A stretch of DNA of 25,718 nt from an uncultured virus (IMG/VR IMGVR_UViG_3300031886_000002) (lineage: Duplodnaviria > Heunggongvirae > Uroviricota > Caudoviricetes). The notes under the pieces were generated by a model. That model was given only the letters and a program-made list of their open reading frames with translations. It searched no databases and was not told the DNA's origin. The stretch is taken from the IMG/VR virus record IMGVR_UViG_3300031886_000002; one strand, given 5' to 3'. How positions within the stretch are numbered: the first letter of the stretch is position 1; every line of letters starts with the position of its first letter. The position numbers and the translations under genes are program-made. Positions 25,348 to 25,718 of the stretch are shown here, piece after piece.

Positions 25348-25718
25348 ATAAATTAATAATTGATAGCCGCGAATCTTCAAAACTCTTTGAGTGTGTGGAA
25401 TCAGAAGCAAAGAAATTAATGCTTATTACTGAAAAGCAATGGTTAGAGATAGGTGATTATGTATATGGTGATGTATGCTTTGAAGCAAAGTCTTCAATTG
25501 ACTTCCTACAATCTGTGATTAACCAAAGGCTATGGAATCAAGTAGATAACATGGATAGATATTTTGAGCATTGTATTGTTATCATTCATGGCTCAATATT
25601 TGAAGCGATGGAATACCCTAAATATACAAAAATGAATATTTCTAAGTCCATGCTTCAAAATAAATTCTATGGTGCAATAGGTAAATTAACTCTAGATACT
25701 GACTGTAAAGTATTCTGG
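25344..25718 (+). CDS. ERCC4/XPF/Hef-family nuclease (truncated by window end); not in the ORF track
   Basis: MNKLIIDSRE...LEIGDY...CFEAKSSIDFLQS...RLWNQ; GGAGG upstream. Confidence 0.87.
   Translation, partial: MNKLIIDSRESSKLFECVESEAKKLMLITEKQWLEIGDYVYGDVCFEAKSSIDFLQSVINQRLWNQVDNMDRYFEHCIVIIHGSIFEAMEYPKYTKMNISKSMLQNKFYGAIGKLTLDTDCKVFW

Larger units (their letters stand above)
1..25718 (+). mobile_element. Archaeal tailed-virus genome segment (magrovirus-like replication and regulation region)
   Basis: Genes are unidirectional and overlapping. Archaeal-type TFB, PCNA, RFC, AEP primase, PolB, ligase and ERCC4 sit with RNR, MazG, a Cas4-like nuclease and many micro-ORFs. No ribosomal or core metabolic genes. 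Host lineage is inferred from gene repertoire. Confidence 0.8.

Noticed and set aside
28..25410. Minus-strand ORFs in the track (e.g. 7543-7962, 9859-10263, 14833-15123)
   Set aside because: They shadow well-supported plus-strand genes, have Ser/Leu/Phe-rich antisense composition and show no recognisable motifs.

Overview
AT-rich, very gene-dense segment in which essentially all genes lie on the + strand and are translationally coupled (ATGA/TAATG overlaps, GGAGG/GGTGA-type ribosome-binding sites). It encodes a near-complete archaeal-type replication and nucleotide toolkit interleaved with many tiny ORFs: class II ribonucleotide reductase, TFB, ATP-dependent DNA ligase, RFC, MazG-like pyrophosphatase, an SSB/RPA-like protein, a RecA/AAA_24-like ATPase, PCNA, a split family B DNA polymerase, a Cas4-like exonuclease, a fused PriS-PriL primase and an ERCC4/XPF nuclease. 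This organisation best fits the replication region of a tailed archaeal virus, most likely a Marine Group II (Poseidoniales) 'magrovirus'. That assignment is an inference; no virion genes are in the window. The most striking signal is an apparent virus-encoded ubiquitin-like system: a small ThiS/MoaD/SAMP-like protein ending GG-Y, a ThiF/E1 enzyme, a JAB/JAMM metalloprotease and a candidate E2-like Cys protein, with the E2-like/E1/JAB genes clustered around the viral TFB. Other notable items are two histone-fold proteins, a catalytically dead LAGLIDADG protein, a stand-alone PIP-box micropeptide, six coupled micro-ORFs between the PolB halves, two structured intergenic segments, and apparent absence of GATC and AGCT. 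All calls come from motif recognition by eye, with no database searches.
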